DNA of 63,752 nucleotides, counting the filler. It is 5 parts of 5 records of this genome, joined end to end, with 100 filler letters (N's around TTAATTAATTAA, not from the genome) between each part and the next. Parts side by side here need not be neighbours in the genome. Positions count along the whole stretch, not along the records: positions 26,667 to 50,212 come from SRR31156797_1311; positions 50,313 to 58,465 come from SRR31156797_1329; 3 more parts are not named here. One strand, written 5' to 3'. The first letter of the stretch is position 1. Every line of letters starts with the position of its first letter. The notes beneath the pieces were generated by a model. That model was not told the DNA's origin and did not search any database. It saw only the letters and a program-made list of their open reading frames with translations. Both the position numbers and the translations under genes were made by a program. Below, piece after piece: positions 46,476 through 55,167 of this stretch.

Positions 46476-48492
46476 AACTAAGGTTATCATTTCGATTCCT
46501 GAAGGAAAAATAAGAGATTATATAGACGGGACAATACGAAAAGACACCCCTGAAGAATATGTTAGACAAACCGTTGAAAAAAGACTAATTAATGAACATA
46601 AATACTCAAAAGAACAAGTAAAAATTGAGTATGGCATTCAAATGGGTTCAGGCAGAAAAAGAGCTGATATTGTAATTTTCCCAGAAGGTTCAACGGAAGA
46701 AGAAATGAAAGACCAAGACAATATTTGGTTAATTATTGAATGTAAGAAAGAAGCCGTAAATTCGACCGACAAAAATAATGGTGTTGAGCAAATGAAATCT
46801 TACATGGCTGCATCTGCAAATTGCGAATGGGGAATGTGGACGAACGGGATGCACAAAGAAGTTTGGCGTAAAGTAAGAACAGAGCAAGGAAAATATGTTT
46901 ACGAAGAATTTAACGATATTCTTTCTGCTGATGGCACAGCAGATGAACAAGAAAGACCTAACCGTAATACTTTAATTAAAGCATACGAAGATAATTTACT
47001 TTTTACATTTAAAACATGCCACAACATTATATATGTTAATGAAGGCTTGCAAAAACAACCTGCTTTCTTTGAATTTCTAAAAATCATTTTTTGCAAGATT
47101 CATGACGAACGAAACCTCCTTGAACCAATTGAGTTTTATACAACTTCTAAGGAACGTAACTATAAAGATGGACAAGCAACAGTTTACACTAGAATATCTA
47201 AAATATTTGAAGAGGTAAAAAACCGTCACGGACAAATTTTTGATAAAATTGACGAAATAAAACTTCTTCCTCGAACTGTTACTTATTTAGTGGCTGAACT
47301 TCAAAAATATGCACTCCTCACAACTAATATAGATATAAAAGGAAAAGCGTACGAAGAAATTGTAGGTGCTAATCTAAGAGGTGATCGCGGTGAGTTTTTT
47401 ACACCAAGAAACGTAATGAAAATGGCGGTTGCTATGATGAATCCTAAAGAAAATGAGAGGGTTCTTGACAGTAGCTGCGGAACTGGTGGATTTGTAGTTA
47501 CAGCAATGACTAGTGTTATTGATTCATTACGTGAAAGAATGGAAGAGCAGTATGGTGAAGAAGAAGGTTGGAACGCCGATGTAAGAAAAGTGTTTAATGA
47601 TAAAATTTCCGAAATCGCTTCTGAAAATTACTTTGGTTTTGATATTAATCCTGATTTGGTAAAAGCTACCAAAATGAATATGGTAATGAACAATGATGGA
47701 AGCGGAAACATTCTTCAATTAAATTCTTTATTACCACCTGCAGAATGGGAAGAAAAAACCAAAAAGAAACTTGCCAAGGCATTAGGAATATCAGCAAATA
47801 GTATTAGAAACCATAAAAGTTTAGGATACTTTGATGTTATCGTAACCAATCCCCCATTTGGCTCTAAAATTCCTATCAAAGACCATCAAATTTTAGAACA
47901 GTTTGACATTGCATACATTTGGAACAAAGACGAAAAAGGTAATTGGTATAAAACAGACCGATTACAGTCAAGCGTTCCACCTGAACAGCTTTTCATTGAG
48001 CGAATATTTCAACTTTTAAAAGAAGGTGGAAGAACTGCTATTGTATTGCCTGATTCCATTTTAGGAGCACCTGGACTTGAATATATTCGTTATTGGTTAA
48101 TCAAAAACACTAAAATCATTGCAAGTATAGATTTACATGCTGATGCATTCCAACCCAGAAATGGAACACAATGCTCCATCCTATTTCTACAAAAGAAAAC
48201 CAAGGATGAAATCGCTGAAGAAGAAAAATCAAGGCAAATGATTGATTACGATATATTCATGACAATGATTGATCATATTGGGCATGACAAACGAGGCAGT
48301 AAAATCCTTAAGAGAGATAAAAAAGGAAATATAATAATGCTTGAGGTCGAAGAAATTGTAAAAGAAAAGGATGCCGAAGGAAACCTAATTGCACGTAAAG
48401 AAGTGACGCAACGTAAAATTATTAATGATCAAACTATTCACGTTGCAGAGATATTTGAAAATTGGAAAACTAAACAAGGAATAGTATGGTAG
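46468..48492 (+). CDS. Fused restriction endonuclease / N6-adenine methyltransferase (Type IIG/IIB-like RM subunit)
   Basis: TPEEYVRQ..RADIVIF..IIECK (HSDR_N-type PD-(D/E)xK); GEFFTPR, LDSSCGTGGF, TNPPFG. Confidence 0.88.
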   Translation: MTETKVIISIPEGKIRDYIDGTIRKDTPEEYVRQTVEKRLINEHKYSKEQVKIEYGIQMGSGRKRADIVIFPEGSTEEEMKDQDNIWLIIECKKEAVNSTDKNNGVEQMKSYMAASANCEWGMWTNGMHKEVWRKVRTEQGKYVYEEFNDILSADGTADEQERPNRNTLIKAYEDNLLFTFKTCHNIIYVNEGLQKQPAFFEFLKIIFCKIHDERNLLEPIEFYTTSKERNYKDGQATVYTRISKIFEEVKNRHGQIFDKIDEIKLLPRTVTYLVAELQKYALLTTNIDIKGKAYEEIVGANLRGDRGEFFTPRNVMKMAVAMMNPKENERVLDSSCGTGGFVVTAMTSVIDSLRERMEEQYGEEEGWNADVRKVFNDKISEIASENYFGFDINPDLVKATKMNMVMNNDGSGNILQLNSLLPPAEWEEKTKKKLAKALGISANSIRNHKSLGYFDVIVTNPPFGSKIPIKDHQILEQFDIAYIWNKDEKGNWYKTDRLQSSVPPEQLFIERIFQLLKEGGRTAIVLPDSILGAPGLEYIRYWLIKNTKIIASIDLHADAFQPRNGTQCSILFLQKKTKDEIAEEEKSRQMIDYDIFMTMIDHIGHDKRGSKILKRDKKGNIIMLEVEEIVKEKDAEGNLIARKEVTQRKIINDQTIHVAEIFENWKTKQGIVW

Positions 48493-49973
48493 ATAGCAAC
48501 TTAGCATACAAACTTCAGGAGATTGAACCAGAGATTGACTACACCTTTCTACCCAATCCAATCAAATACACATCTGTTTCTTTAAAAGATGTTTTCAATA
48601 ATAAACTACGCTTAGAAGCCAATGCCTTCAACTTAGATGCGAAAGTTGCTAAAGAAAAGATTTCAAGTAATAAATATGGAATTGTTAAGCTTTGGTCAGA
48701 TAATGGATTAGTTCAAACTGCTTTTCATAGACCTCGATTTAAACGTATATATGTTGATCGAAAAGAAATTGCTTTTTATCAACCTTCTTCAATAAATGAA
48801 GTTTACCCTAAACCCGCAAAATATATTTCTGCTAAGACAGAAACTAACCTTGAAAGCCTAAAAATCAAAAAAGGTATGCTTTTAATGACTGTTTCTGGAA
48901 CGATTGGTAAAGTTGCCATTGCTGGAAAAAAGTTAGATAATCAAATATTTAGCCACGATCTTTTAAGATTAATTGGCAAAGGGAAATATGATACAGGATA
49001 CATTTATTGTTATTTTCTAACTGAAACAGGACAGCATATATTACAATCAAATAACTATGGTGCAGTTATTAAACACATTGAACCTGAACATTTACAAAAT
49101 GTCTTAATTCCCAATGCACCTGAATATTTAAAAAAGGAAATTCATGAATTAGTGATTGAATCCTATGATTTGAGAGACCAATCTAATGAACTAATTGATA
49201 AAGCAGAACAAATCTTGTATGAGGAATTACAATTAAAACCAATTGAGAAATTAGAAACTGAATATTTTGATAACACGGTAGAACTTAGAAACTATTCTAC
49301 CAAGCTTAGCGATTTACGTTTAAGACTAGATAGTTCATTCCACATACCGATAGTAAAATTAGTAGAACACGAAATAAAGCGCAATGCAAAAGAAATTTCA
49401 ACTATTGGTCAATTATCCAACAAAGTAATTCTTGCAGGAGTTTTTAAAAGAACTTATGTGGATAAGGAGAACGGAGTTCCATTTCTTGGCGGCAGAGATA
49501 TGACTCAACTCAACCCTAAAGTTGAAAAATTCCTATCAAAAACAGTTCATGCTGCAAGAATTAAAAAAGAACTTGAAGTATTTGAAAATTATGTTTTGAT
49601 TTCTGATCGAGGAACAATTGGTAAAGTACAAATTGTACCAAAGCATTGGAGTGGCTGGGCGGTTAGCCAAAACATTATTAAGGTAATTGCAAAATCAAAT
49701 GATATAGCAGGTTACTTGTTTTGCTTCCTCAACTCTGACTATGGACAAGTTTTAATTAAACGAGAAATTTACGGCTCTGTTGTTGACATGATAGATGACA
49801 AAAATGTAAATGGAATCCATGTTCCTCTTCTAAAAAACGAACAAAAGCAAAAGGAAATTAATGACCTAATTTTAAATGCAAACAATTTGAGATATCAAGC
49901 GCATTTAAAAGAGCAAGAAGCCGTCAATAGAATGGAAAAAATTATTAACAGCACAAAGTTGATTAATATTTAA
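48486..49973 (+). CDS. HsdS-like specificity subunit with two TRDs
   Basis: Two repeats (RLEA/RLDS...GTIGKV...YG.V...I.....V..P) separated by coiled coils; overlaps the RM gene. Confidence 0.85.
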   Translation: MVDSNLAYKLQEIEPEIDYTFLPNPIKYTSVSLKDVFNNKLRLEANAFNLDAKVAKEKISSNKYGIVKLWSDNGLVQTAFHRPRFKRIYVDRKEIAFYQPSSINEVYPKPAKYISAKTETNLESLKIKKGMLLMTVSGTIGKVAIAGKKLDNQIFSHDLLRLIGKGKYDTGYIYCYFLTETGQHILQSNNYGAVIKHIEPEHLQNVLIPNAPEYLKKEIHELVIESYDLRDQSNELIDKAEQILYEELQLKPIEKLETEYFDNTVELRNYSTKLSDLRLRLDSSFHIPIVKLVEHEIKRNAKEISTIGQLSNKVILAGVFKRTYVDKENGVPFLGGRDMTQLNPKVEKFLSKTVHAARIKKELEVFENYVLISDRGTIGKVQIVPKHWSGWAVSQNIIKVIAKSNDIAGYLFCFLNSDYGQVLIKREIYGSVVDMIDDKNVNGIHVPLLKNEQKQKEINDLILNANNLRYQAHLKEQEAVNRMEKIINSTKLINI

Positions 49974-50090
49974 ATACAGTTTATTATCAAAATTGTATTG
50001 CAAGAATTATGAATTAGTAAATTTTCAGATAAAACACCTTGTAGATATAATGCTAATTATTTAAATTAGTGCTAATTATTAATCTAATTA

Positions 50091-50112
50091 AAGAATACAA
50101 AGGCGAATACAA
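50091..50112 (+). repeat. Two GAATACAA repeats, 12-bp period (putative integrase arm sites)
   Basis: AAGAATACAA at 50091 and GCGAATACAA at 50103 match the left-end array. Confidence 0.7.
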
Positions 50113-50182
50113 TAGATAAATAAACAGGTGAAACTCTGGGGCTAACTTACAGACATTCAATAACAATTAAGCCATTTGGCAA

Positions 50183-50212
50183 ATTGTGGTTCCAGAGGTC
50201 GCCGGTTCGAAA
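50183..50212 (+). repeat. Right att site: tRNA-His 3' half from the anticodon loop
   Basis: TTGTGGT loop (GTG anticodon) + TCCAG-AGGTC-GCCGGTTCGAAA; 16 nt identical to 26667-26682; no tRNA 5' half upstream. Confidence 0.85.
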
Positions 50213-50312
50213 NNNNNNNNNNNNNNNNNNNNNNNNNNNNNNNNNNNNNNNNNNNNTTAATTAATTAANNNNNNNNNNNNNNNNNNNNNNNNNNNNNNNN
50301 NNNNNNNNNNNN
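50213..50312. other. Artificial contig spacer
   Basis: N-run + TTAATTAATTAA + N-run. Confidence 0.97.
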
Positions 50313-50447
50313 AACTTCTTTGATATTGCAGCTGCATTTATAGTATCACTTATGTTAGTATTTATAACTGCTAATAAACTTTATAATAAAAGTGCTGGTA
50401 TTGTATTAATAGTAGTACTTGGATTAGTTATTCAAAATAGTCTTTAA
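50313..50447 (+). CDS. C-terminal fragment of a membrane protein (possibly a Ca/Na antiporter)
   Basis: Open frame NFFDIAAAFIVSLMLVF...IQNSL* with two TM segments. Confidence 0.5.
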   Translation, partial: NFFDIAAAFIVSLMLVFITANKLYNKSAGIVLIVVLGLVIQNSL

Positions 50448-50459
50448 GACTATTTTGAA

Positions 50460-50864
50460 CTATTTCTGACAAGATTTACAAAGTCCAGAAAAAACTACAT
50501 CTACATTTTGAATTTGAAATGCAGATTCTTCTTTAATTGAGCTTTGTAATACTGATGTATCTATTGTAATATCTTCTATCTTTCCACATGAAGAACATAC
50601 TAAATGAGAATGCTCTTCTTTTGCTAACTCATAAACTGATTTAGCTTCAGGAATTTTTACTTCATTTAAAAATACCTTTTCTACCATAGCATTTACATTT
50701 TTGTAAATTGTTGCAAGAGAAATAGAAGGAAATTTTTCTAATAACTTCTTATAAAGCTCATCAATATTCATATGTCCATTAGAGTATAGCTCTTCAACGA
50801 TTGCAACTCTTTGTGGAGTTACTTTTAAATTATACTCTTTTAATAATAGTGAACTATTCATCAT
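50460..50864 (-). CDS. perR: Fur-family regulator, PerR-like
   Basis: LKVTPQR, SLATIYKN, HSHLVCSSCG, CKSC; divergent from dps and rubrerythrin. Confidence 0.8.
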   Translation of the reverse strand: MMNSSLLLKEYNLKVTPQRVAIVEELYSNGHMNIDELYKKLLEKFPSISLATIYKNVNAMVEKVFLNEVKIPEAKSVYELAKEEHSHLVCSSCGKIEDITIDTSVLQSSIKEESAFQIQNVDVVFSGLCKSCQK

Positions 50865-51060
50865 CTTTTCAACCTTTCCTGCTTAGAATAATACTAAAAA
50901 CTTTTTTAGTTTCTTATTTGCAGAGTTTTATATTGTGAATAATATACAAAAAATGTAAAATAGATTTTATTAATTAATTTTAGTAGAAGATAATAATTTT
51001 CCTTTAAGGTTTACTAAACTATAATTATCAAAGGAAAAAAATTATCCTTAGGAGAATATT

Positions 51061-51498
51061 ATGAAAAAACAAATTAAACAATTAAAAGTATTACAAGCAA
51101 GTTCGCTAGTTATGTTCACAAAACTACATAACTATCACTGGAATATCAAAGGTATGCAATTTTTCCCAATCCATGAAATGACAGAAAAAATGTATGAACA
51201 ATTTAGCACACTATATGATGATTGTGCAGAAAGAGTATTACAATTAGGAGATAAACCTTATGTATTACTAGGTGATTTAGAGAAAAACTCTTTAATTAAA
51301 GAAGATAAAAAAACTGACTTTACAGCTGAATATGTATTAAAAAATATTTTAGCTGATTTTGAGACTCTATTAAAAGAGTTTAAAAAATTATCTAAAATAG
51401 CAGATGAAAATGATGACACTACTACAGTTGCTTTTGCAGATGACAATGTTGCTCATTTAGAAAAAAATATTTGGATGATAAAAGCTACTCTATCTTAA
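51061..51498 (+). CDS. dps: Dps DNA-protection ferritin
   Basis: HNYHWNIKG..F..IH, DDCAER, EKNIWM; RBS AGGAG. Confidence 0.93.
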   Translation: MKKQIKQLKVLQASSLVMFTKLHNYHWNIKGMQFFPIHEMTEKMYEQFSTLYDDCAERVLQLGDKPYVLLGDLEKNSLIKEDKKTDFTAEYVLKNILADFETLLKEFKKLSKIADENDDTTTVAFADDNVAHLEKNIWMIKATLS

Positions 51499-51515
51499 TA
51501 TTCATTCTTAAGCTT

Positions 51516-51551
51516 AGGTGAACTATAATTTTCTCTAATAATAGTTCACCT
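51516..51551. promoter_or_regulatory. Inverted repeat between dps and rubrerythrin, overlapping a TATAAT
   Basis: AGGTGAACTAT / ATAGTTCACCT. Confidence 0.5.
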
Positions 51552-51591
51552 TATAAATCTATTTAATATTAATATGCAAAGGAAAAAATTA

Positions 51592-52245
51592 ATGAGACAA
51601 TATGAATCATTCAGATGTAATAAATGTGGTAATGTAGTAGAAGTACAAAAAGTTGGTGGTGGAGAACTTCACTGTTGTGGTGAAAAAATGGAAATGATTA
51701 CTGAAAACCTAACTGCTGTAAATCTTATGAAAGCCTTTGCTGGTGAGTCTATGGCAAGAAATAAATATGAATATTTTGCAAAAATTGCCCAAAAAGAAGG
51801 ATATAGAGATATCGCTGCACATTTCCAAAGAGCAGCAGACAATGAAAAAATGCATGCTAAACTTGAATTAAGAGCCTGTAATGAGTTACTTACAGGAAAA
51901 GAGTTTGGAGATACAGCTGAAAACCTAAAAGTTGCAATTGCAGGTGAAAGTTATGAAAATGAAACTATGTACCCAGACTTTGCAAAAATTGCTAAAGATG
52001 ATGGTCACAAACAAATCTCAACTATGTTAAAACTTATTGGAAATATTGAAGTTGAACATGAAAATATGTATAAAGAGCTACTTGCAAGACTTGAAGCTGG
52101 TGAAGAGTTTGTAAGTGAAGACGAAGAGGAAGAGTGGATTTGTGAAGTTTGCGGACATGTTCATAGAGGTAAGAAAGCTTTAAAGATGTGCCCAGTTTGT
52201 AAGCATCCACAAGAGTACCAATCAAGATTAAATAGCAAAAAATAA
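51592..52245 (+). CDS. rbr: Desulforubrerythrin (desulforedoxin + rubrerythrin + rubredoxin-like domains)
   Basis: CNKCGN..LHCCG; AFAGES..E..H..GE.YE..MYP..E..H; CEVCG..CPVC; ATG at 51592 follows AAAGGA. Confidence 0.88.
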   Translation: MRQYESFRCNKCGNVVEVQKVGGGELHCCGEKMEMITENLTAVNLMKAFAGESMARNKYEYFAKIAQKEGYRDIAAHFQRAADNEKMHAKLELRACNELLTGKEFGDTAENLKVAIAGESYENETMYPDFAKIAKDDGHKQISTMLKLIGNIEVEHENMYKELLARLEAGEEFVSEDEEEEWICEVCGHVHRGKKALKMCPVCKHPQEYQSRLNSKK

Positions 52246-52292
52246 TTATTAAATCAATTCTTTGATAAAATATCTTCTTTTAGGAGATATTT

Positions 52293-53831
52293 TTGATAAG
52301 AGTTTTTACCTTTTTATTTTTCTTACCCATACTACTGTTGGCTAAAGAGTTTTCACTAGCTTCATATAATGTAGAAAACTTTTTTGATTTAAACTATAAC
52401 AAAACAGAATATAAAGAGTATGAACCCAATACAAACACTAACTGGAATAAAAAAACCTTTCAAATAAAACTAAATAATATTGTAAAAGTTCTAAAGGATT
52501 TAGATGCAGATATTATTGCTTTGCAAGAGATTGAAAATAAAGAACTACTAAAACTTCTTCAAAAAAAACTTCCAAGATATAAATATATATCTTTTAGTAA
52601 ATATTCAAATGCAAGTGTTGGTTTAGGCTTTTTAAGTAAAATTGAAATAGTAGATGAAACAGCTATTAATATAAAATTTTCTAATAAAATATATAGACCT
52701 ATTTTAGAAACAACTTTTAAATTAAACAACAATGAGTTCAAAATCTTTAATAATCACTGGCCATCAAAAAGAGTAGCAGAGAGTTTTCGTATAAAGTTTG
52801 CAAAAAAACTTTTTGATAGATTAGAAAATTTTCCAAGGGATTATGACTATATTTTATTAGGCGATTTTAACTCAAACTATAATGAATATGAAACAATTTT
52901 TTATGAAAAAAGATTAAATAATACAAATGGCATAACTGGTATAAATCATGTTCTAAACAGCTTTATAAACAATCATTTAGTAACACTAAATGACATGAAA
53001 GACTCTTCAAAACTAGTTCACTATAACCCTTGGCTTGAACTAAATATACCTGAAAGATTTTCAAGTAAATTTAGAGGAAGAAATATAACTGCTGATAATT
53101 TTCTACTTCCTTTTTCAATGTTTGATACAAAAGGCTTTGCATATAAACAAAATAGTTTTAAAGTATTTAAACCAGAATATCTGTATAAAAACAAAAGAAT
53201 AAATAGATGGCAAGTAAAAAATAGAGTCCATAAAGGAACTGGCTATTCTGACCATCTTCCTATAATTGCAAAGTTCACTACTAAGCCTCAAGAAAAAACA
53301 AAAGCTCAAAATATAAAAACCATAAGTGATTTATACAAAATAGAAAAACTCAATGAGTCAATTACTTTAAAAAACTGTATTGTTCTTTTAAAGCACCAAG
53401 AGTTTGCAATAATCAAACAAAAAAACAATAGAGCAATCTTAATTTATAAAAATATCGAGAATTTAAGTGAAGGTTTTTCCTATGATTTAAAGATAGAACA
53501 AATAAAAACCTTCAAAGGATTAAAAGAAGTTATTGATTTTGAAATAGTAAATTATAATGGAAAAGTTTTAGAGTATAAACAACTTTATAAAAAAGACTTA
53601 GATTTATTTAATATAAAAAATCAAAATGAGATAGTAACAGATATAAAAGGTATCTACAAAAAAGGCTATTTATATTTTGATAATAAAAAAATAGCAATTT
53701 ATTTCAAAAATAAAAGTTTTATTCCTAAAAATGGCTCTTCTATTATTATAAAAAGAGCACAATTAGGATATTATGTCAACAAAATTCAATTAGTAGTATT
53801 TAATAAAAGTGATATAATATATGTTAATTAA
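52293..53831 (+). CDS. Secreted endonuclease/exonuclease/phosphatase family protein
   Basis: Signal peptide; SYNVENFFD, ALQEIE, NHWPS, GDFN, SDHLP. Confidence 0.88.
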   Translation: MIRVFTFLFFLPILLLAKEFSLASYNVENFFDLNYNKTEYKEYEPNTNTNWNKKTFQIKLNNIVKVLKDLDADIIALQEIENKELLKLLQKKLPRYKYISFSKYSNASVGLGFLSKIEIVDETAINIKFSNKIYRPILETTFKLNNNEFKIFNNHWPSKRVAESFRIKFAKKLFDRLENFPRDYDYILLGDFNSNYNEYETIFYEKRLNNTNGITGINHVLNSFINNHLVTLNDMKDSSKLVHYNPWLELNIPERFSSKFRGRNITADNFLLPFSMFDTKGFAYKQNSFKVFKPEYLYKNKRINRWQVKNRVHKGTGYSDHLPIIAKFTTKPQEKTKAQNIKTISDLYKIEKLNESITLKNCIVLLKHQEFAIIKQKNNRAILIYKNIENLSEGFSYDLKIEQIKTFKGLKEVIDFEIVNYNGKVLEYKQLYKKDLDLFNIKNQNEIVTDIKGIYKKGYLYFDNKKIAIYFKNKSFIPKNGSSIIIKRAQLGYYVNKIQLVVFNKSDIIYVN

Positions 53832-55128
53832 GTCAATATTTACAAACAGTAGTGGTATTTTAGTTTCTAGGATTTTAGGATTTATAAGAGATTTACTAAC
53901 TGCTTCGATCTTAGGTGCAAATATCTATTCAGATATCTTTTTTGTAGCCTTTAAATTACCAAACCTTTTTAGAAGAATATTTGCAGAGGGTGCTTTTACA
54001 CAAGCTTTTATTCCTTCTTATGCAAAATCAAAATATAAAATTAGATTCTCTTCAATTATATTTTTGCAACTGTTCGCATTTTTGATTTTTTTATCCCTTG
54101 TAGTAACTTTGTTTTCAACTCTTATTACAAAAGCTATTGCTTTAGGTTTTGATGAACAAACCATAAACCTAGCTGCGCCACTAGTAGCAATAAATTTTTA
54201 CTATTTACCACTTATTTTTGTAGTAACATTTATGGCAGCACTTTTACAGTACAAACACCATTTTGCAACTACAGCTTTTTCAACAGCTTTATTAAACCTT
54301 GCACTTATTGCAGCACTTTTAATATCAAAAGATTTAGAGAAGTATGAAATCACTTTTTACCTTTCATATGGTGTATTAGCAGGTGGATTTTTACAAGTAT
54401 TAGTTCACCTTCTTGCTGTAAAAAAATATAATCTATGTAAAATATTCACTTTTAGAAAACACAAGAAAAAAGAAGAGAATAGATTTTATAAAAGCTTCTT
54501 TGGGGCAACACTTGGAAGTTCAACTGCTCATATCTCAGCATTTTTAGATACTTGGCTTGCTTCATTCTTAGTTAGTGGTTCAATTTCATATCTATATTAT
54601 GCAAATAGAGTTTTTCAACTTCCCCTTGCTCTTTTTGCTATTGCAACATCGGTTGCCCTATTTCCTATGATTGCAAAAGCGATAAAAAACAAAGATGAAA
54701 ACAGAGCTTTAAAACTTATGAAAAAATCATCTATCATACTTATAGGACTTCTTTCTCTTGCAACTTTAATAGGAATAGTTTTTGACAATGAAATTATTTG
54801 GCTTCTGTTTGAAAGAGGAGCTTTTAGTAGTACTGATACAACAAATACTGCACTTATTTTAACAATGTATTTAATTGGTCTTTTACCCTATGGTTTAGCA
54901 AAGATTTTTTCATTATGGCTTTACTCTCATGAAAAGCAATTTTTAGCTGCTAAAATCTCTATGAAAGCATTAGCTTTTAACATTGTGTTTTCTTTACTTC
55001 TTATAAAACCATATGGTGCAGCAGGACTTGCTTTTGCCAGTACACTTAGTGGTTTTATTCTTTTAATACTTACATTAAAAGAGTTTGGTTTAAAAAATCT
55101 TAAAACATTGTATTTTAGTAAAATTTAG
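53821..55128 (+). CDS. murJ: Lipid II flippase MurJ
   Basis: SRILGFIRD, AFKLPNLFRRIFAEGAF, YYANRVFQLP, FERGAF. Confidence 0.93.
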   Translation: MLIKSIFTNSSGILVSRILGFIRDLLTASILGANIYSDIFFVAFKLPNLFRRIFAEGAFTQAFIPSYAKSKYKIRFSSIIFLQLFAFLIFLSLVVTLFSTLITKAIALGFDEQTINLAAPLVAINFYYLPLIFVVTFMAALLQYKHHFATTAFSTALLNLALIAALLISKDLEKYEITFYLSYGVLAGGFLQVLVHLLAVKKYNLCKIFTFRKHKKKEENRFYKSFFGATLGSSTAHISAFLDTWLASFLVSGSISYLYYANRVFQLPLALFAIATSVALFPMIAKAIKNKDENRALKLMKKSSIILIGLLSLATLIGIVFDNEIIWLLFERGAFSSTDTTNTALILTMYLIGLLPYGLAKIFSLWLYSHEKQFLAAKISMKALAFNIVFSLLLIKPYGAAGLAFASTLSGFILLILTLKEFGLKNLKTLYFSKI

Positions 55129-55167
55129 ATATAATATTAACTTTTTAAAACAAAATATAGGACTATA

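Larger units (their letters stand above)
26667..50212. mobile_element. Integrative element / putative tailless prophage (~23.5 kb) targeting tRNA-His
   Basis: tRNA 3'-half sequence at both ends, tyrosine integrase, cI/cro pair, Rep, endolysin/holin; no tail, terminase or T4SS genes recognised. Confidence 0.85.

Noticed and set aside
26667-50212. Integrative conjugative element or tailed prophage
   Set aside because: No relaxase/T4SS/coupling protein and no terminase, portal or tail genes recognised, although a lysis cassette is present
50183-50212. Intact tRNA-His gene
   Set aside because: The upstream sequence lacks a D-arm, the 5' acceptor strand and the 5' anticodon-stem strand; it is only the att duplicate
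51592-52245. Novel desulforedoxin-rubrerythrin fusion
   Set aside because: This architecture (desulforubrerythrin) is already known in Campylobacterota and sits in an ordinary perR/dps context
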